The translations under genes and the position numbers were made by a program. Positions 44,525 to 58,208 of a stretch of 64,000 nt of DNA are shown in pieces. The DNA lies in NCBI GenBank assembly GCA_951406725.2, contig OX597818.1:114452001-114516000 (forward strand), read 5' to 3'. Each line of letters begins with the position of its first letter. Position 1 is the first letter of the stretch. The notes beneath the pieces are model-generated. The model was not told the origin of the DNA, did no database searches, and worked only from the letters and a program-made list of their open reading frames with translations. This stretch comes from Octopus vulgaris (taxonomy: Eukaryota).

Positions 44525-45420
44525 CTAGATGATGTACCCGCTAATTCCCAGGAAAGCGGAGCTTATCCCTTGGTTCCGTTCTCGTAATTGTTTCGCTAGT
44601 CCAATAACAACAATACAAAGAATGTAACCCTTAAAACGGATTTTGTGCATTTTGAAAGAATACCAAGCTGTCTTACACAGGATCTTGTTTTTAGGAATTC
44701 CCAATTAGTTATGAATACCCAAATTGTGAAGTCAGTTATGTAATAACATGAAATTACTTACCCGACAATAAGAATTCAAAGAAAGTAGCCCCGAAAGGGC
44801 TTTAATACGTTCCCAGAATATATAGAACTGAGGGGCAAATACTAATAAGGTATGTATACTAAAATCGTGAAACATGTTACGTAATAACAGGCTAATCTGA
44901 TTTGAGATAACAACAATTCAAAGTAAATAACTCTGAAAAGGGCCTTTGTGCGTTCTCAGAGAGTATTACACCCAGGGGCGCTAGTGTTGGTATATTCGTG
45001 ACTAAGTCACTAACCGAAATAATAACAATACTATTTAGTTGTTTAAGGGTTATACTGGGTAAATTGCGAAAATAACATTTCAAATACTAAGAAATACTAA
45101 GCATATTCAATTTCATTTTTACCAAATGATTTAGGAAAATGAATGGGTTATTTCCCTTGGCTATATATAAGGATCCCTTCCAGTGGCGAATGGGTTATTT
45201 TCCTTTGTTATAAAAATAAAATATATTAGATATATATAAGAATCCTTTCCAGGGGCCCTATTATCAAATATTTTAAGAAGCTGAGCATGACATGAGGTTT
45301 CCGGACATGAGTCCTACTCAAGTGTCAAGTTTTATCAAAATCGATAAAACCATGTAGGAGGAGTTAGCTAACAACTCCACAAACACACCCACAGGATAAT
45401 TTACCACATATGTAGTATAT
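44525..45420 (-). mobile_element. Non-autonomous Helitron-like element
   Basis: CTAG terminus at 44525-44528 next to a GC stem (ccgc..gcgg). The other end has aagttttatcaaaatcg...ggaggagtt...acaaacacac, reminiscent of Lep1-type helitrons. Confidence 0.5.
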
Positions 45421-45521
45421 ACACACGCGCACACACGCGCGCACACACGCGCACACACGCGCGCACACACGCGCACACACGCGCGCACACACGCGCGCAC
45501 ACACGCGCGCACACACACACA

Positions 45522-45565
<44 letters not shown>

Positions 45566-46338
45566 ATCACTGATGGGGGTACATTAAATTTTACTCCTAA
45601 GCCGAGGAAGCAGCATGCCGTAACTTAATAGGGAGGTTTGATGTGTAAGGAATAGAGAAATTGAGGGCGCCCTACCCAAAACATCATACCGGTTCCTCAC
45701 GCGATTCTTACTCATTCTCGCGTAAAAGGTGTTTGTATTTACCATTTTCTATAAAAGACCAGCACTCGATTCTTTGGATTCTGATGTTTCCCTTATACTT
45801 TCCTTTAAGATTTTGGACAATGAGAGAATTCTTTGATAGAATATACTTAATCAAAATCTAGCGATGTAGGATCATGGAAATAGGTTTTTATCGTGAAAGA
45901 AGTAAAAGAAAGAGAAATTAAATTAAATTTAAAATTTAGAATTAAAGAAATTAGTAAGATTTTAGCTTTCTTCAGTTTTTATTTTCCGTTCATATTAATT
46001 ATATCATTTAAGAAACAAAAAGAAAACATACTAGATGGAACAGAAAACATAACAGATACGGAATAAAATGAGACAATTCAACAAAATGTAAGATCGCAGA
46101 CATCTTTTTGTCTTTTACGCGAGTTTATACTTTTAAGGTAAAATAATTTATTCAGAAAAAAAAAAGATCTATGGCGGAATAACCGATAGATTTAAATAAC
46201 TATTTTAAAACAGAAGAAAACAAGTGAATAACAGAAGGGATTTGCTGCATCAATGCTTTGAGAGGCTTGTCATGTAGAAATTCCTCGTATATATTGGTGC
46301 ACGAAGCGATTTTGCAATGTGACCGCTATAATTTTTAT

Positions 46339-46431
46339 TTAGTGAGATACTATAAAATTAAACAGAAGAATAACGAGGCTGGTAACCATGATCAAGGCTT
46401 GGCTGCAGACAGATTCAATTCCAACAGCGCC
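46339..46431 (-). CDS. Terminal coding exon of the same gene: GAVGIESVCSQALIMVTSLVILLFNFIVSH* (GPI-anchor signal-like)
   Basis: Strong pyrimidine-tract acceptor ending ttttttccag|GGC in phase 0. Small residues, then a hydrophobic C-terminus, then TAA at 46341-46339 overlapping AATAAA. Spliced CDS is 261 nt (86 aa + stop). Confidence 0.82.
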   Translation of the reverse strand, partial: GAVGIESVCSQALIMVTSLVILLFNFIVSH

Positions 46432-46672
46432 CTGGAAAAAAAGAAAAAAAGGAAATGTCAACAACAACGAAAAATGTACGTAGTTATAAGGATATTAGAA
46501 TTTCTAACTTAATATATATAATTACATATTGCTAAGCAAAGGGGGAGTGCAGTCGATTCAATTTATCAGAGCATTTAATTGTCCTTCAATAAATTTTCTA
46601 TATTTAAAAGATGAGGAATTATGCACATTATTTACATTTGACGTATATTTGTCCTCATCTTGTTTGTTGTTA

Positions 46673-46716
46673 ACACAACGATTCAGCTGATATACCCTCC
46701 ATCCTTCATTAGGTGT
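46673..46716 (-). ncRNA. Degenerate hammerhead motif within a ~46590-46765 repeat
   Basis: acac-CTAATGA-aggatgg..tcagct-GAATC GTT-gtgt; two core substitutions. Confidence 0.5.
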
Positions 46717-46790
46717 CTTGGCGAAATTTCGAATCTGGGTTCTCATTCCTAAGGTATTTTTCGATGTTGTTGTTGTTGTTATTATTATTA

Positions 46791-46864
<74 letters not shown>

Positions 46865-46904
46865 GTTGTTGTTGTTATTATTATTATTATTATTATCATC
46901 ATTA

Positions 46905-47854
46905 TTCAGTAGTTTTATTTTTATAGCGTGCTTTCACTTCACTACCGAGCGCAGCTCTGTGTGCCTTGGGTATGTGCTGTGATTTGTTGTGATGCTCTGA
47001 TGGTTATTGTATGGAAAGTGTTCTGCGTAGGATGTGTGCAGTGCCTAGTAGTGCAATTTTCTGTATGTTATATGTGTTTGTAAGTCCTGGTGTTTTTGTT
47101 ATGTATTTGTCTGAATATTTTTTTATCATGCCTAATGCACCTACTATGATAGGAATTGTTTCTGTTTTCAGATTCCACATTCTAGTTACCTCTATTTCCA
47201 GATCTTTGTATTTTGAGAGTTTCTCCATTTCTTTTAGAGACACGTTGTCATCTGCCGGTACTGATACATCAATTAGAAAGCATTTTTTTTCTTCCTGGTC
47301 TCTGACAACTATATCTGGTCTGTTGGCCTTAATTTCTCTATCTGTGTGTATCGGCATATCCCAGAGTATGGTTGCTTTCTCGTTTTCTGTGACCTTTTCT
47401 GGTGTGTGCCTATACCATCTTTTTTCTGTTGTTATTCCATAATGTTGGCATAGCTTCCAATGTATGTAAGTTCCAACTCTGTCATGTCTGTGAATATATT
47501 CCTTCTTAGCCAGGACTGGGCAGCTAGAGATAATATGATTTATTGTTTCTTGTCCATCTCCACATATTCTGCAGTTACTTGTAATATTTCTTTTCATTAC
47601 ATGTTTTTGGTAATTTCTGGTGGGGAGGCTTTGGTCTTGTGCTGCAATTAAAAATCCCTCTGTTTCTGCTTTGAGTCCTGAGCTTCTCAACCATTGCTGG
47701 GATTTTTCTTTGTCTATTTCTTTTGCGTTTAGTTTAGTCCAGTATTTACCATGAAGGGGCTTTTCTTGCCATCGTTTTATCATGGTTCGTTGCTGTTCTA
47801 TTTTTAGTTTGGATTTCATTTTTTTTATAGCTTTTGTTGTTTCTTCATCTTCTT

Positions 47855-47880
<26 letters not shown>
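46905..47880 (-). mobile_element. 5'-truncated R4/Dong-like non-LTR retrotransposon (zinc finger + restriction-like endonuclease), open ORF 47004-47819
   Basis: CRICGDGQETINHIISSC, RHD and RPDIVV..IDVSVP..EKLSKY motifs; embedded in (TAA)n. Confidence 0.92.
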
Positions 47881-47916
<36 letters not shown>

Positions 47917-47923
47917 CATCATC

Positions 47924-47967
<44 letters not shown>

Positions 47968-47968
47968 T

Positions 47969-48011
<43 letters not shown>

Positions 48012-48013
<2 letters not shown>

Positions 48014-48585
48014 GAGTGAGAGAGCAGTGCATGCCATCAAAGTGACACTGAGGTACAAATATACGAAGCCCAGTACCCGTCTGATAAGGATACACCAGGC
48101 ACATGCATCACAACCATGTGTGCGCGACATCGTGATCTCATATCAAGATAAACAGTACATGACCTTGCAGGTGGGGCCCAGTTAGAATTTTCGTCTGGTC
48201 GAGTAACCCATACCACCCAAAAGGTCCCTGAATAAGGGTTGTTTAAGGATGTTGAACGAAACACCCATATTTCCAGCGGTGAAATTATCCAAACCTCCAA
48301 GAATTTCTTTCAACACATGGCTATGATGCTCCCCCACTACTTCTGCTCGTGACCAGAGATGCACATATCGTCAGCCACTAAGGGATATGCTCAACTGGTT
48401 AAGGTCAAACAACTGACAAGCAAATCTGTGGTATTGAGCAAAATATTTGCTGTAGCCCATCTTTTATACCAAGAGAAAACAATGTACATGATAACACTTC
48501 AAATCAGTTAAGATCAGAAGCCACTGCCTTTAGTACTGCATCAGGGCATTGGTACTGCATCAAGGAATTTATACTGCATCAGGGC

Positions 48586-48631
<46 letters not shown>

Positions 48632-49146
48632 GAGTGAGAGAGCAGTGCATGCCATCAAGGTGACACTGGGGTAAAATATACGAAGCCCAATATACCCATC
48701 ATGACTACCCGTCTGATAAGGGTACACCAGGCACATGCATCACAACCATATGTGCGCGACATGGTGATCTCATATCAAGATAAACAGCACATGACCTTGC
48801 AGGTGGGGCCCAGTTAGAATTTTTTTCAGGTTGAGTAACCCATCCCGCTCAAAAGGTCCCTGAATAAGGGTTGTTTAAGGATGTTGAAAGAACCACCCAT
48901 GTTTCCAGAGGTGAATTATTCAAACCCCAAAGAATCCCTCTCAACACATGGCTATGATGCTCCCCTACTACTTCTGCTCGTGATCAGAGATGCACATATC
49001 GTCAGCCACTAAGGGACATGCTCAACTGGTTAAGGTCAAACAACTGACAAGCAAATCTGTGGTATTGAGCAGAATATTTGCTGTAGCCCATCTTTTATAC
49101 GAAGACAAAACAATGTACATGATAACACTTCCAATCAGTTAAGATC
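48012..49146. mobile_element. Two tandem copies (48012-48590, 48631-49146) of a ~520-570 bp non-coding element, each bounded by (TAA)/(CAA) tracts
   Basis: High identity between the two copies; no convincing ORF. Confidence 0.8.
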
Positions 49147-49217
<71 letters not shown>

Positions 49218-49232
49218 ATTATTATTATTATA

Positions 49233-49279
<47 letters not shown>

Positions 49280-49308
49280 CATTACCATTATCATTATACT
49301 TATTATTA

Positions 49309-49354
<46 letters not shown>

Positions 49355-49369
49355 CATTATTATTATTAT

Positions 49370-49719
49370 TATTGCCTTTGCACAGCTCCTAACGCTGGAT
49401 ATGTACTACGGTGCCAGCTTTTCACTACCAGAGAACTAAGGTAACACCCCTTATTTTCGAGCACCATCCGAAGTATTCGAGCGGTTCCAAGCAGTGCTGT
49501 TTTCTGCGTACTTCTCAAGATTTTTACACACTGTTCCCAATTCCGACAATTATTGGTACTACTTCGACCACAACTGATAGGAATTGTTTCTGTTTTTAGT
49601 TTCCACATTTGATTTACTTCGATTTCCAGGTCTTTGTATTTTGAAGGTTTCTCTATTTCTTTTAGAGAAACGTTGTCATCTGCTTAGTATTGATAGAAAC
49701 GTTGCATTTGCTGGTATTG

Positions 49720-49722
<3 letters not shown>
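49370..49722 (-). mobile_element. Diverged R4/Dong-like 3' fragment in (TAA)n
   Basis: MWKLKTETIP...QKTALLGTARILRMVL is similar to the end of the 47004 ORF. Confidence 0.75.
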
Positions 49723-49776
<54 letters not shown>

Positions 49777-49817
49777 CATTATTATCATTTTTATTATTAT
49801 CATCATCATCATCATCA

Positions 49818-49893
<76 letters not shown>

Positions 49894-49895
49894 CA

Positions 49896-49932
<37 letters not shown>

Positions 49933-50591
49933 AATTATTATTCAATAAGGCGTTGAGCTGGCAGAATCGCCAGCACGCAGGACGAGATGCTTAGCGGTAT
50001 TTCGTCTGCCGCTATGTTCTGAGTTCAAATTCCGCCGCGGTCGACTTTGCCTTTCATCTCTTCGGGTCGATTGAATAAGTACCAGTTGCGCACTGGGGTC
50101 GATATAATAGACTTAATCCGTTTGTCTGTCCTTGTTTCTCCCCTCTGTGTTTATCCCCTTGTGGATAGTAAAGAAATAGGTATTTCATCTGCCGCTACGT
50201 TCCGCGTTCCAACTCCGCTGAGGTCGACTTTGCCTTTCATCCTTTCGTGGTCGATAAAATAAGTACCAGTTGCGTACTGGTTTCGATCCAATCGACTAAT
50301 CCCCTTCCCCCAAATTTCAAAATTCAAGCTTTGTGTCTATAGCAGAAAGAGTTACTACTATTATTTAAGAGATTTCTCCGGAGTACGAGGGCAACAAAAA
50401 CTGGATTTTCATGACATCCGTAAGTGACATGGAAGGAAATGCGGATCCTCAAATCGAAGAGTGACTCATATGCAAGAAGCAAAAGGGGCTTAGATAAAGC
50501 TTTTAACCATGTGACAGGTTTAGTGTACAGTTATTTCTTGTATAGCAGCATCATTAGCGACAATTTTATAAGTTTATAAAAGTCTTCTTAC

Positions 50592-50692
50592 GGATTGGCC
50601 CGTGGTGTTCGATGCTGCAGCTGGTGTAGTAATAACGGCATCTGTAGTAGTAGCAGCATCAGAAGGAGCAATCGTCGCATTTTGAGCCATCA
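50592..50692 (-). CDS. Coding exon 2 of the same gene: (V)MAQNATIAPSDAATTTDAVITTPAAASNTTGQS, mucin-like
   Basis: Acceptor tttcctttctttctatttccaacag|TG and donor TCC|gtaaga. 101 nt, phase 1 in, phase 0 out, no stops, two N-X-T sequons. Confidence 0.85.
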
Positions 50693-50997
50693 CTGTTGGA
50701 AATAGAAAGAAAGGAAATTAAATATATACGAAAATCAAAAATGGAACATGTAAATGATTAACGGAAAGGGAAAAAAAAAGACATATAAACATACAAATCT
50801 ACGCATCGGCCATGAAATTCAGGCTACAAACGCAGTTCCGTTGCATTTAAAGACCATGGTATAACTCGTCTCGTTGCACCGGTGATATACGGCGTATCAC
50901 TGCGATGATGGACAAAGGAGAACAAAAAAGGAGGAGAAAGGAGAACAACGTACAAATATGAAAATCATGGACGGAAACAGTTAATACAGAAACAAAA

Positions 50998-51056
<59 letters not shown>

Positions 51057-51135
51057 AATATTAGGGAATGAATCCAAATTTACAGGGAAAAATCAGATTT
51101 AGGGTTAAATCCAATTTTATAGTAAAATATTATAA

Positions 51136-51451
51136 AATATAATTCGAGACAAAACCACTATTTTAAAATCAAACAAGGAAAGACTTAATCAATACATAAA
51201 ATTTTAATATGAATTAAATAAACCGCCACTACAATTGTTTCCTGTCTTCTAATGACATTCTTCAGGTGGATTTTCGATCTTCTAATCAGTATCAAATTTG
51301 ATACTGATTAGAAGATCGAAAATCCACCTGAAGAATGTCATTAGAAGACAGGAAACAATTGTAGTGGCGGTTTATTTAATTCATATTAAAATTTTATGTA
51401 TTGATTAAGTCTTTCCTTGTTTGATTTTAAAATAGTGGTTTTGTCTCGAAT

Positions 51452-51457
<6 letters not shown>
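51136..51457. repeat. Perfect 322-bp spacer-less palindrome in (TA)n with an ~80-bp left tail (51053-51135); same family as 1982-2308
   Basis: Arms are exactly reverse-complementary about 51296/51297. Confidence 0.95.
51324..51367 (+). ncRNA. Minimal type I hammerhead ribozyme (mirror copy on minus strand at 51226-51269)
   Basis: ccac-CTGAAGA-atgtc attagaa gacag-GAAAC aatt GTA-gtgg. Confidence 0.85.
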
Positions 51458-51516
<59 letters not shown>

Positions 51517-51526
51517 CATACATACA

Positions 51527-51910
51527 TACATAGGGGTTGGAAAAATAATGGAAACACCTTAAAAATTCAAGCAAATTTATTTTAATGTGGAGTAGGACCA
51601 CCTTTGGCAGTAACTACAGCTTGAATTCTATGAAGTATGGACTCGTACAAAGTTTGGATTACTCCCAAAGGAATTTTTGTCCATTCTTCAGCTAAAACAG
51701 TCTCCAGTTCTTTCAGTGATGATGGTGGAGAGTATCGACTCCTTGTTTTTCTAAAATGCACCATAAATGTTCAATAATATTGAGATCCAGAGACTGTGGT
51801 GGCCACATGAGATGTTCAAATTCATTAGAATGTTCCCCGTGCTTAAAAAGTCTTGACTATTAATTCTGCCATGAAAGGAGACCATTGGGCCGGCGGATTT
51901 CCAATATTTT
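51527..51910 (-). mobile_element. Tc1-like transposon 3' remnant
   Basis: WPPQSLDLNIIEHLW and PPSSLKELETVLAEEWTKIP..IQAVVTAKGGPTPH motifs; TIR-like end next to TA. Confidence 0.85.
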
Positions 51911-52549
51911 TATATTTACCGTGTAGGGGAAGTGAATAATAATAAATCAGAAGAAGCCAGAAGTGGGTGTATGATGGGAATAGTCTAATTTTTTTACGTG
52001 GTTAATTTATTTTATTTATATGTTAACTTTGATAAATAATAAATTTCTTGATCGTTAAATAGATAAGCTAAATTACTAAACATATAATTTAAAACTATTT
52101 TAAGATATTTTCAAATAACTAAAACTCAGTAAAAATCTAATCTTTTATAAATTTTATAATTATAATATAAATTAACATATCCTGATTATACTATTATTGT
52201 TAAAATTGACGTTACTCTTAAAATTGAGTTTCGAAATTAAGATTAAATATAGAAAATAACTTTTAAGAACTTTTCAATGTTAATAAGAATTATCTCCCCT
52301 ACACAGTAGCTCTCAATGTTGGATTATACGATTGCTTCATTTAGTAACCATGTTTAAGTCGCGGAGAGAAAATTACCATACAGATAAGTTAACAATTATT
52401 TTTCCTAACATTTCTTTTTCCTACTTTGATTTCACATTTCTGTTCCTTATTTACTAAAGTAAAATCATTCCAACAACTTCTAGTTATATAATTTTAGTTT
52501 TTCATGTCTTTATATAGGATGTAAATAGCAAAATAAATTCATATAATCT

Positions 52550-52651
52550 AGACCTGAAGATTGGTAATATGATCGTTTTAATATAGTATTGTATTTCGAG
52601 ACCTATTTCAGCAATATTGAGGAATATATTGTCATGAAACGCGCGTAGTAT
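52550..52651 (+). ncRNA. Hammerhead motif with an extended stem II
   Basis: agac-CTGAAGA-ttggtaatat...atattgtcat-GAAAC gcgc GTA-gtat; a (TA)n tract follows ~250 bp later. Confidence 0.65.
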
Positions 52652-52894
52652 ATATAATGTAATGTATATGAATTAGAATAAGAGTTGTAGGTATAAATTT
52701 TGATAATTTTTAAATATTTAGTCATATATGTACCTATCGTGGATGATGTCGTTCAATAGTGGTTAAGCTGCTTGAGGGTGATTCTGTCTCTTAAACCTAT
52801 CTATATATATGCATACAATACAGTAAGTAACTCATTTTAGTATCACTAAACTGAACTTCTCTCCCCTGTGGAATCGGAAATAACTCCCCTAATA

Positions 52895-52958
<64 letters not shown>

Positions 52959-52967
52959 CATATGAAT

Positions 52968-53138
52968 ATGATAGATCTCTAGCCACTACATATTCTCTAT
53001 TTTCTCTCCTTGTTTCTTTCTGTGTTCCTTTCTGTGGAAGAGCGTAGGCTCGAAACGTTCTCTTCTCGAGCGTTATACTAATACATCTGTTTATTGTCTA
53101 CACCACCTGTGTTCGTCTTTTGTTTTTTGTGAATTGTC

Positions 53139-53142
<4 letters not shown>
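52968..53142 (+). mobile_element. Copy of the variant-HHR repeat family (HHR 53028-53059, core CTGTGGA)
   Basis: Homologous to 9735-9920; TA-flanked. Confidence 0.7.
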
Positions 53143-53188
<46 letters not shown>

Positions 53189-53433
53189 TGGGCTGGACAC
53201 GTCGCCCGGCTCACCGATAATCGGTGGACGCACGCAGTTGTCGAGTGATACCCGCGTGAGCGGAAAAGACCACCCGGAAGACCTCCACGACAGTGAAGTG
53301 ACGATTTCAAGAGGACGATTGGGATCACGTGAATGAGAAAAGCACGATCCAGAGAGGAGTGGACAGCGTGCTGTGACCAGCGGTGTCAAATGGACGCCTG
53401 ACGGACTGGTCGGTCAAAGTGAAAGTGAAAATA

Positions 53434-53510
<77 letters not shown>

Positions 53511-54544
53511 TTATATATACATATATCATATATACATATATATACACACATATATGTATACATATGAATATAAATATACATATATATACATACGCAACTG
53601 GTACTTAATTTATCGGTCACGAAAGGATGAAAAGTAAAGTCGACCTCGGTGGAATTTGATTTCAGAATGTAACGGCAAATGAAATACCTATTTCTTTACT
53701 ACCCACAAGGGGCTAAACACAGAGAGGACAAACAAGGACAGACAAACGGATTAAGTCAATTATATCGAGTCCAGTGCGTATCTGGTACTTAATTTATCGA
53801 CCCCGAAAGGGTGAAAGGCAAAGTCGACCTCGGCGGAATTTGAACTCACAATGCCGCCCGGCGTGCTAACGTTTCTGCCAGCTTGCCGAAATATTTATAT
53901 TTAGAATACTGTACAAACAATATACTGCAAGATTATTCAACTCAGAGATGTGGGCAGGCGAAATACATTTTCAGCGCCATAACCTATATCAGCCCAGAGG
54001 AATACTGTACATGTTGAAGTCGAGCTTTGAGTGACGTATTGCTCATTCGCGACCTCAGTCATTCTAAGCTTCAAATTATCGTACTAAATTACATAATTAT
54101 CAATGTAAATTCTCTTACTTAGAAGTTTAAAACATATTTAGGTTTGTAACAATAAAGAATGCAAGAAAAAAAGTAACTTAGCCTTCTATAAACAGTGGAA
54201 ATATGTACCCTAGGAAGAATTTCATCAACTTTGCGCAGAACCCTTGCCCTAGACTGTCCATCATACATTATACATTGCATTCACTCTCTCTCCCCCACTA
54301 CACACGTATACACGCATACACACATACTCATTCAGAGGCGTATGTACTGAGATGATGTACATACATCATAAAATATATCCATTGTATTTATGAGCTCACT
54401 TATTAACACATTGTTAAACTCCAATAAATTATTTCACTGCTATAAATATTAATGAAATAAACTTCAATTTATACAGTATCGGTTAACAACTTATATATAC
54501 ATATATATTAGAGGTCTGATCAATAAGTATCCATACTGCAGTCG

Positions 54545-55572
54545 TGGATTAAACAGAAACCGAGGCTAGGCGAATGGTACCGCGAGTGCTGCCTCGCTCT
54601 CAAGCAACTCTGCCGTCCAGGACCAAACTTGTACGACATCATTACAACAAAGGCGTTCTATAGAGGATTAGTGGACGGGAGGTGCGACGACGTTCTCGGG
54701 CAGAATCTGAGCGTCGACAAGAAACACCTGACCCGCCTTTTCAGGACAACTTTCGGGCAGGGATCTATGGACAATCACCAAAGATCCCTGGCCTGGCAGT
54801 GCTATCGAGAAGCATTACCTATTCGTGATAAGCTCTACAGGCACGGTTCGAGACACACCGGACCGATTAGCCCGAGATGCGATCAGAGCGACGAAACCGC
54901 TCTGCACACACTCGTGCAGTATCCAACCATTTCGGACTTGTGGGCTTATGCCGAACGGCTGCTGTCCTGTGTGGGACGAGCTCACTTGTCGGACGAGTCT
55001 ATCGTGATAATTGCTCCGCCACCTTCCCTCAACCGAGAAGGCAAGGCAGTCTTCATCGTACTGGTGGCCATGATGACAGAATGTGTGTGGTGGACTCGAG
55101 CGAAAGGATTAGAGACAAACACTTACCTCTCTGGCCAATCGCTCATCAACTTTTTCAAGTACCACTTGAAAAGGAAGGTGAGAATGGAGAGGCAGGTTTT
55201 GTCTCGTGAAAGTTTCAAAAAAAGGTGGGTGAATGTAGCAAAGATGGTACGTGCTAATGATGAAACCACTTTGAGCATGATCCTGTAAATCGAAAAGAGG
55301 GAGAGAGAGAACTCTACTCTCATATATCTATTCTCTCCCTACCCGAGGTTACCGTGGTCTTTTCCGTAGGCCTTTCTTCCCACGGACAAACCTTGTCTTT
55401 CTTTTTACATTTTTAATATTTTCTGTGATACACGATTCCTTTTGATCGTTTTTTTCACGATCCCTTTTGATCGAAATTTATTTTTTCTCACTTTTTTGCT
55501 ATTTTCAAAAAGAAAAGCTCTACATTGTATTTTATCCCCTCTGTGTTCTGCCCTGTGTAACTAATAAAGAAA
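54545..55572 (+). mobile_element. Tx1/L1-clade LINE 3' remnant ending in (TATC)n
   Basis: LAWQCYREALPIRDKL...PRCDQSDETALHTLVQ.P (decayed zf-RVT); AATAAA at ~55563. Confidence 0.8.
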
Positions 55573-55573
55573 C

Positions 55574-55661
<88 letters not shown>

Positions 55662-55687
55662 ATATCTATCTATCTATCTATCTATCG

Positions 55688-55771
<84 letters not shown>

Positions 55772-56564
55772 ATATATATGTGTTTGTATGTACGTACATA
55801 CACAAATATACAAATACAAGCGCACACATAGAAATAATAAAATTTGATGGTAAATGCATTTGCAATTTACTCGTACATTGTTTAAATGCATGAATGTACT
55901 TTTATGAATCATGTCTGATGTATATTAATGTAATGTTGTCTTATATACTTTTTGTATAATACCGTCATGTAAGTTTTATACCGATTTACATAACATGCGT
56001 AATAATATCCATTTTCGCAGAATACATATTAACAACTTCTGAAAGTGTATGTTCTATACACCTCAGATTGCTTTGCCGTCTCACTCTATGCATGCATGCA
56101 TCCATCCATCCATACATACATAATGGCTTGGGATAGAGAAGAGAGACTGTACACATTTGTGGCAATTAGATGCCGAGTGGATGTTAACATAAATCTGTAG
56201 ATCAGTGACAAAGAGAACACCTACGCCAAACTATTGAGAAATCTGTAGTTACTCTATCCAGATTACAAGTTCAGGTTTATACCTGTAATTATTGGGACTC
56301 TGGGACATGTAACACACTGCCTAAATACCAATCTTGAAAAACCAGAAAGGAGAAAGCTAATTCGAAGACTATAGATCCAATCCATTACTGGAACTGTAAA
56401 AATCTGTAAAACTTTCCAGAAGTTTATCATTTAAATATATATATGAGTATGTCTAGATATGTAACTACATACATGAGAATACATACATAAAACATACATA
56501 CATACACACACACATACATATGCCACAAATCTTGAATTACTGAATAATGACATACATACATACA

Positions 56565-57840
56565 CACAGCTGAAAAATATGGAACAAGGAACTCTCTGAA
56601 TTCAACAAAACAGTTGCCCACAATGTGTTTGCAGAGCCAGTACTCATACCAGCATGTGGGATGCTTGACAGGACGCTTGATGAGATCCGAGTTATTGATG
56701 AGATCCAAGCACACATAATTTCCACATAAACAGTGACAAAAACTGCTTCTATCTAAGTTGAAAACGAGTGGTGCAGAAGCTTAGCATCGATCCCGACTGC
56801 CTTTGAATGTCATATATCCCTTCGGCAACATCTTTTAACCCCCAAGTGTCGAAGTGTATCCCTTGACGAAGTTTACATACATGAGACTGATAATATTATA
56901 AGACTTTGAAGGCAGCTCTCTGATCAGCATTCCTTGACTGATAACCTTAAATACATCTCTAAAGATGTCGCACAACTATACCGCTGTGTATCATCAGATG
57001 AAAGGATGAGCGTATACGAGCAGAATACTATGCATGGATATTATAATAGAAAGTTTCGGATTGATAGTAACATTGATCATTAAAATTGACTATCAGGGAC
57101 CAACAACCGGATTAATAACTCCCACTGTGAAAGGTATGCGTTTGCAATGCAGGAACAGGAAATATCAACCAAATACTTGATGCACAAAAGGGACAGAGAC
57201 GCAGGAAATGCAGCAAAATGTGATAACCGATTCAGACTTTGTGGGGTTAACACTGAAGATGTCACCCATTTTAGAAGCAGTTGTCCGAAAATGTCATCAC
57301 GGTATTATCTACCGATGAAACATTTCAATTTCATAGCCAGGGCACTGTATGAGATCTGTCGCAAAGATAACTCCGAAGCCAAAGCAATAAGAACCCGCAG
57401 TATGGTAGAAGCCATAACCACCCATAATCAAAAGGATTACTGATGGAATGTCCTGGGGAAAACCTCAATGAAACGTAAGCGTAATAGACCTGACATAGTG
57501 ATTTTGGACAGAGAATAGAATGTGTGTACCGTCGTGGAAATCAACCAAAGATCAGCGAAAAACAAAAATACTTGAGCTGAACTGTTGAGAAATGTCTAGT
57601 TACTCTATCCAGATTACAAGTTCATGTTTATACCTGTAATTATTGGGGCAGTGGTATATGTAACACAGTGCCTAAGTGCAAATATTGAGAAATTAATCTT
57701 CTGAAAATCAGAAAGGAGAAAATTGATTCGAAGACTACAGATCCAAGCTATCAATGGAACTGTAAAAAGCTGTAAACCTTTCCAGAATTTTGATCATTTA
57801 AGTATATATGAGGATATCTAGACATGCAACTAAATGCATG
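56565..57840 (+). mobile_element. Degenerate R4/Dong-like element of a second family in (CATA)n (shorter 3' copies at 56128-56480 and 60045-60145)
   Basis: KIWNKELSEFNKTVAHNVFAEPVL, AFAMQEQEISTKYL..RLCGVNTEDVTHFRSSCP, RPDIVI and YPDYKFRFIPVIIG motifs, with stops. Confidence 0.8.
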
Positions 57841-57911
57841 AGAATACATACATACACACACACACATATATACATACATACATACATACATACATACATA
57901 CATACATACAT

Positions 57912-57944
<33 letters not shown>

Positions 57945-58156
57945 TACATACATACATACATACATACACACACATACATATATACATACATACATACATA
58001 CATACATACATACATTCATACATACATACATACATACATACATACATACATACATACATACATACATACATACATACATACATACAATAATACACTTGTA
58101 TTATTGAAACCGGACCTTTTTCTATTTGCATGAAATCTTGAAATAAAAGTGAATAA

Positions 58157-58208
<52 letters not shown>

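Noticed and set aside
47004-47819. 271-aa ORF as a host gene
   Set aside because: It is the C-terminus of a 5'-truncated R4/Dong-like retrotransposon.
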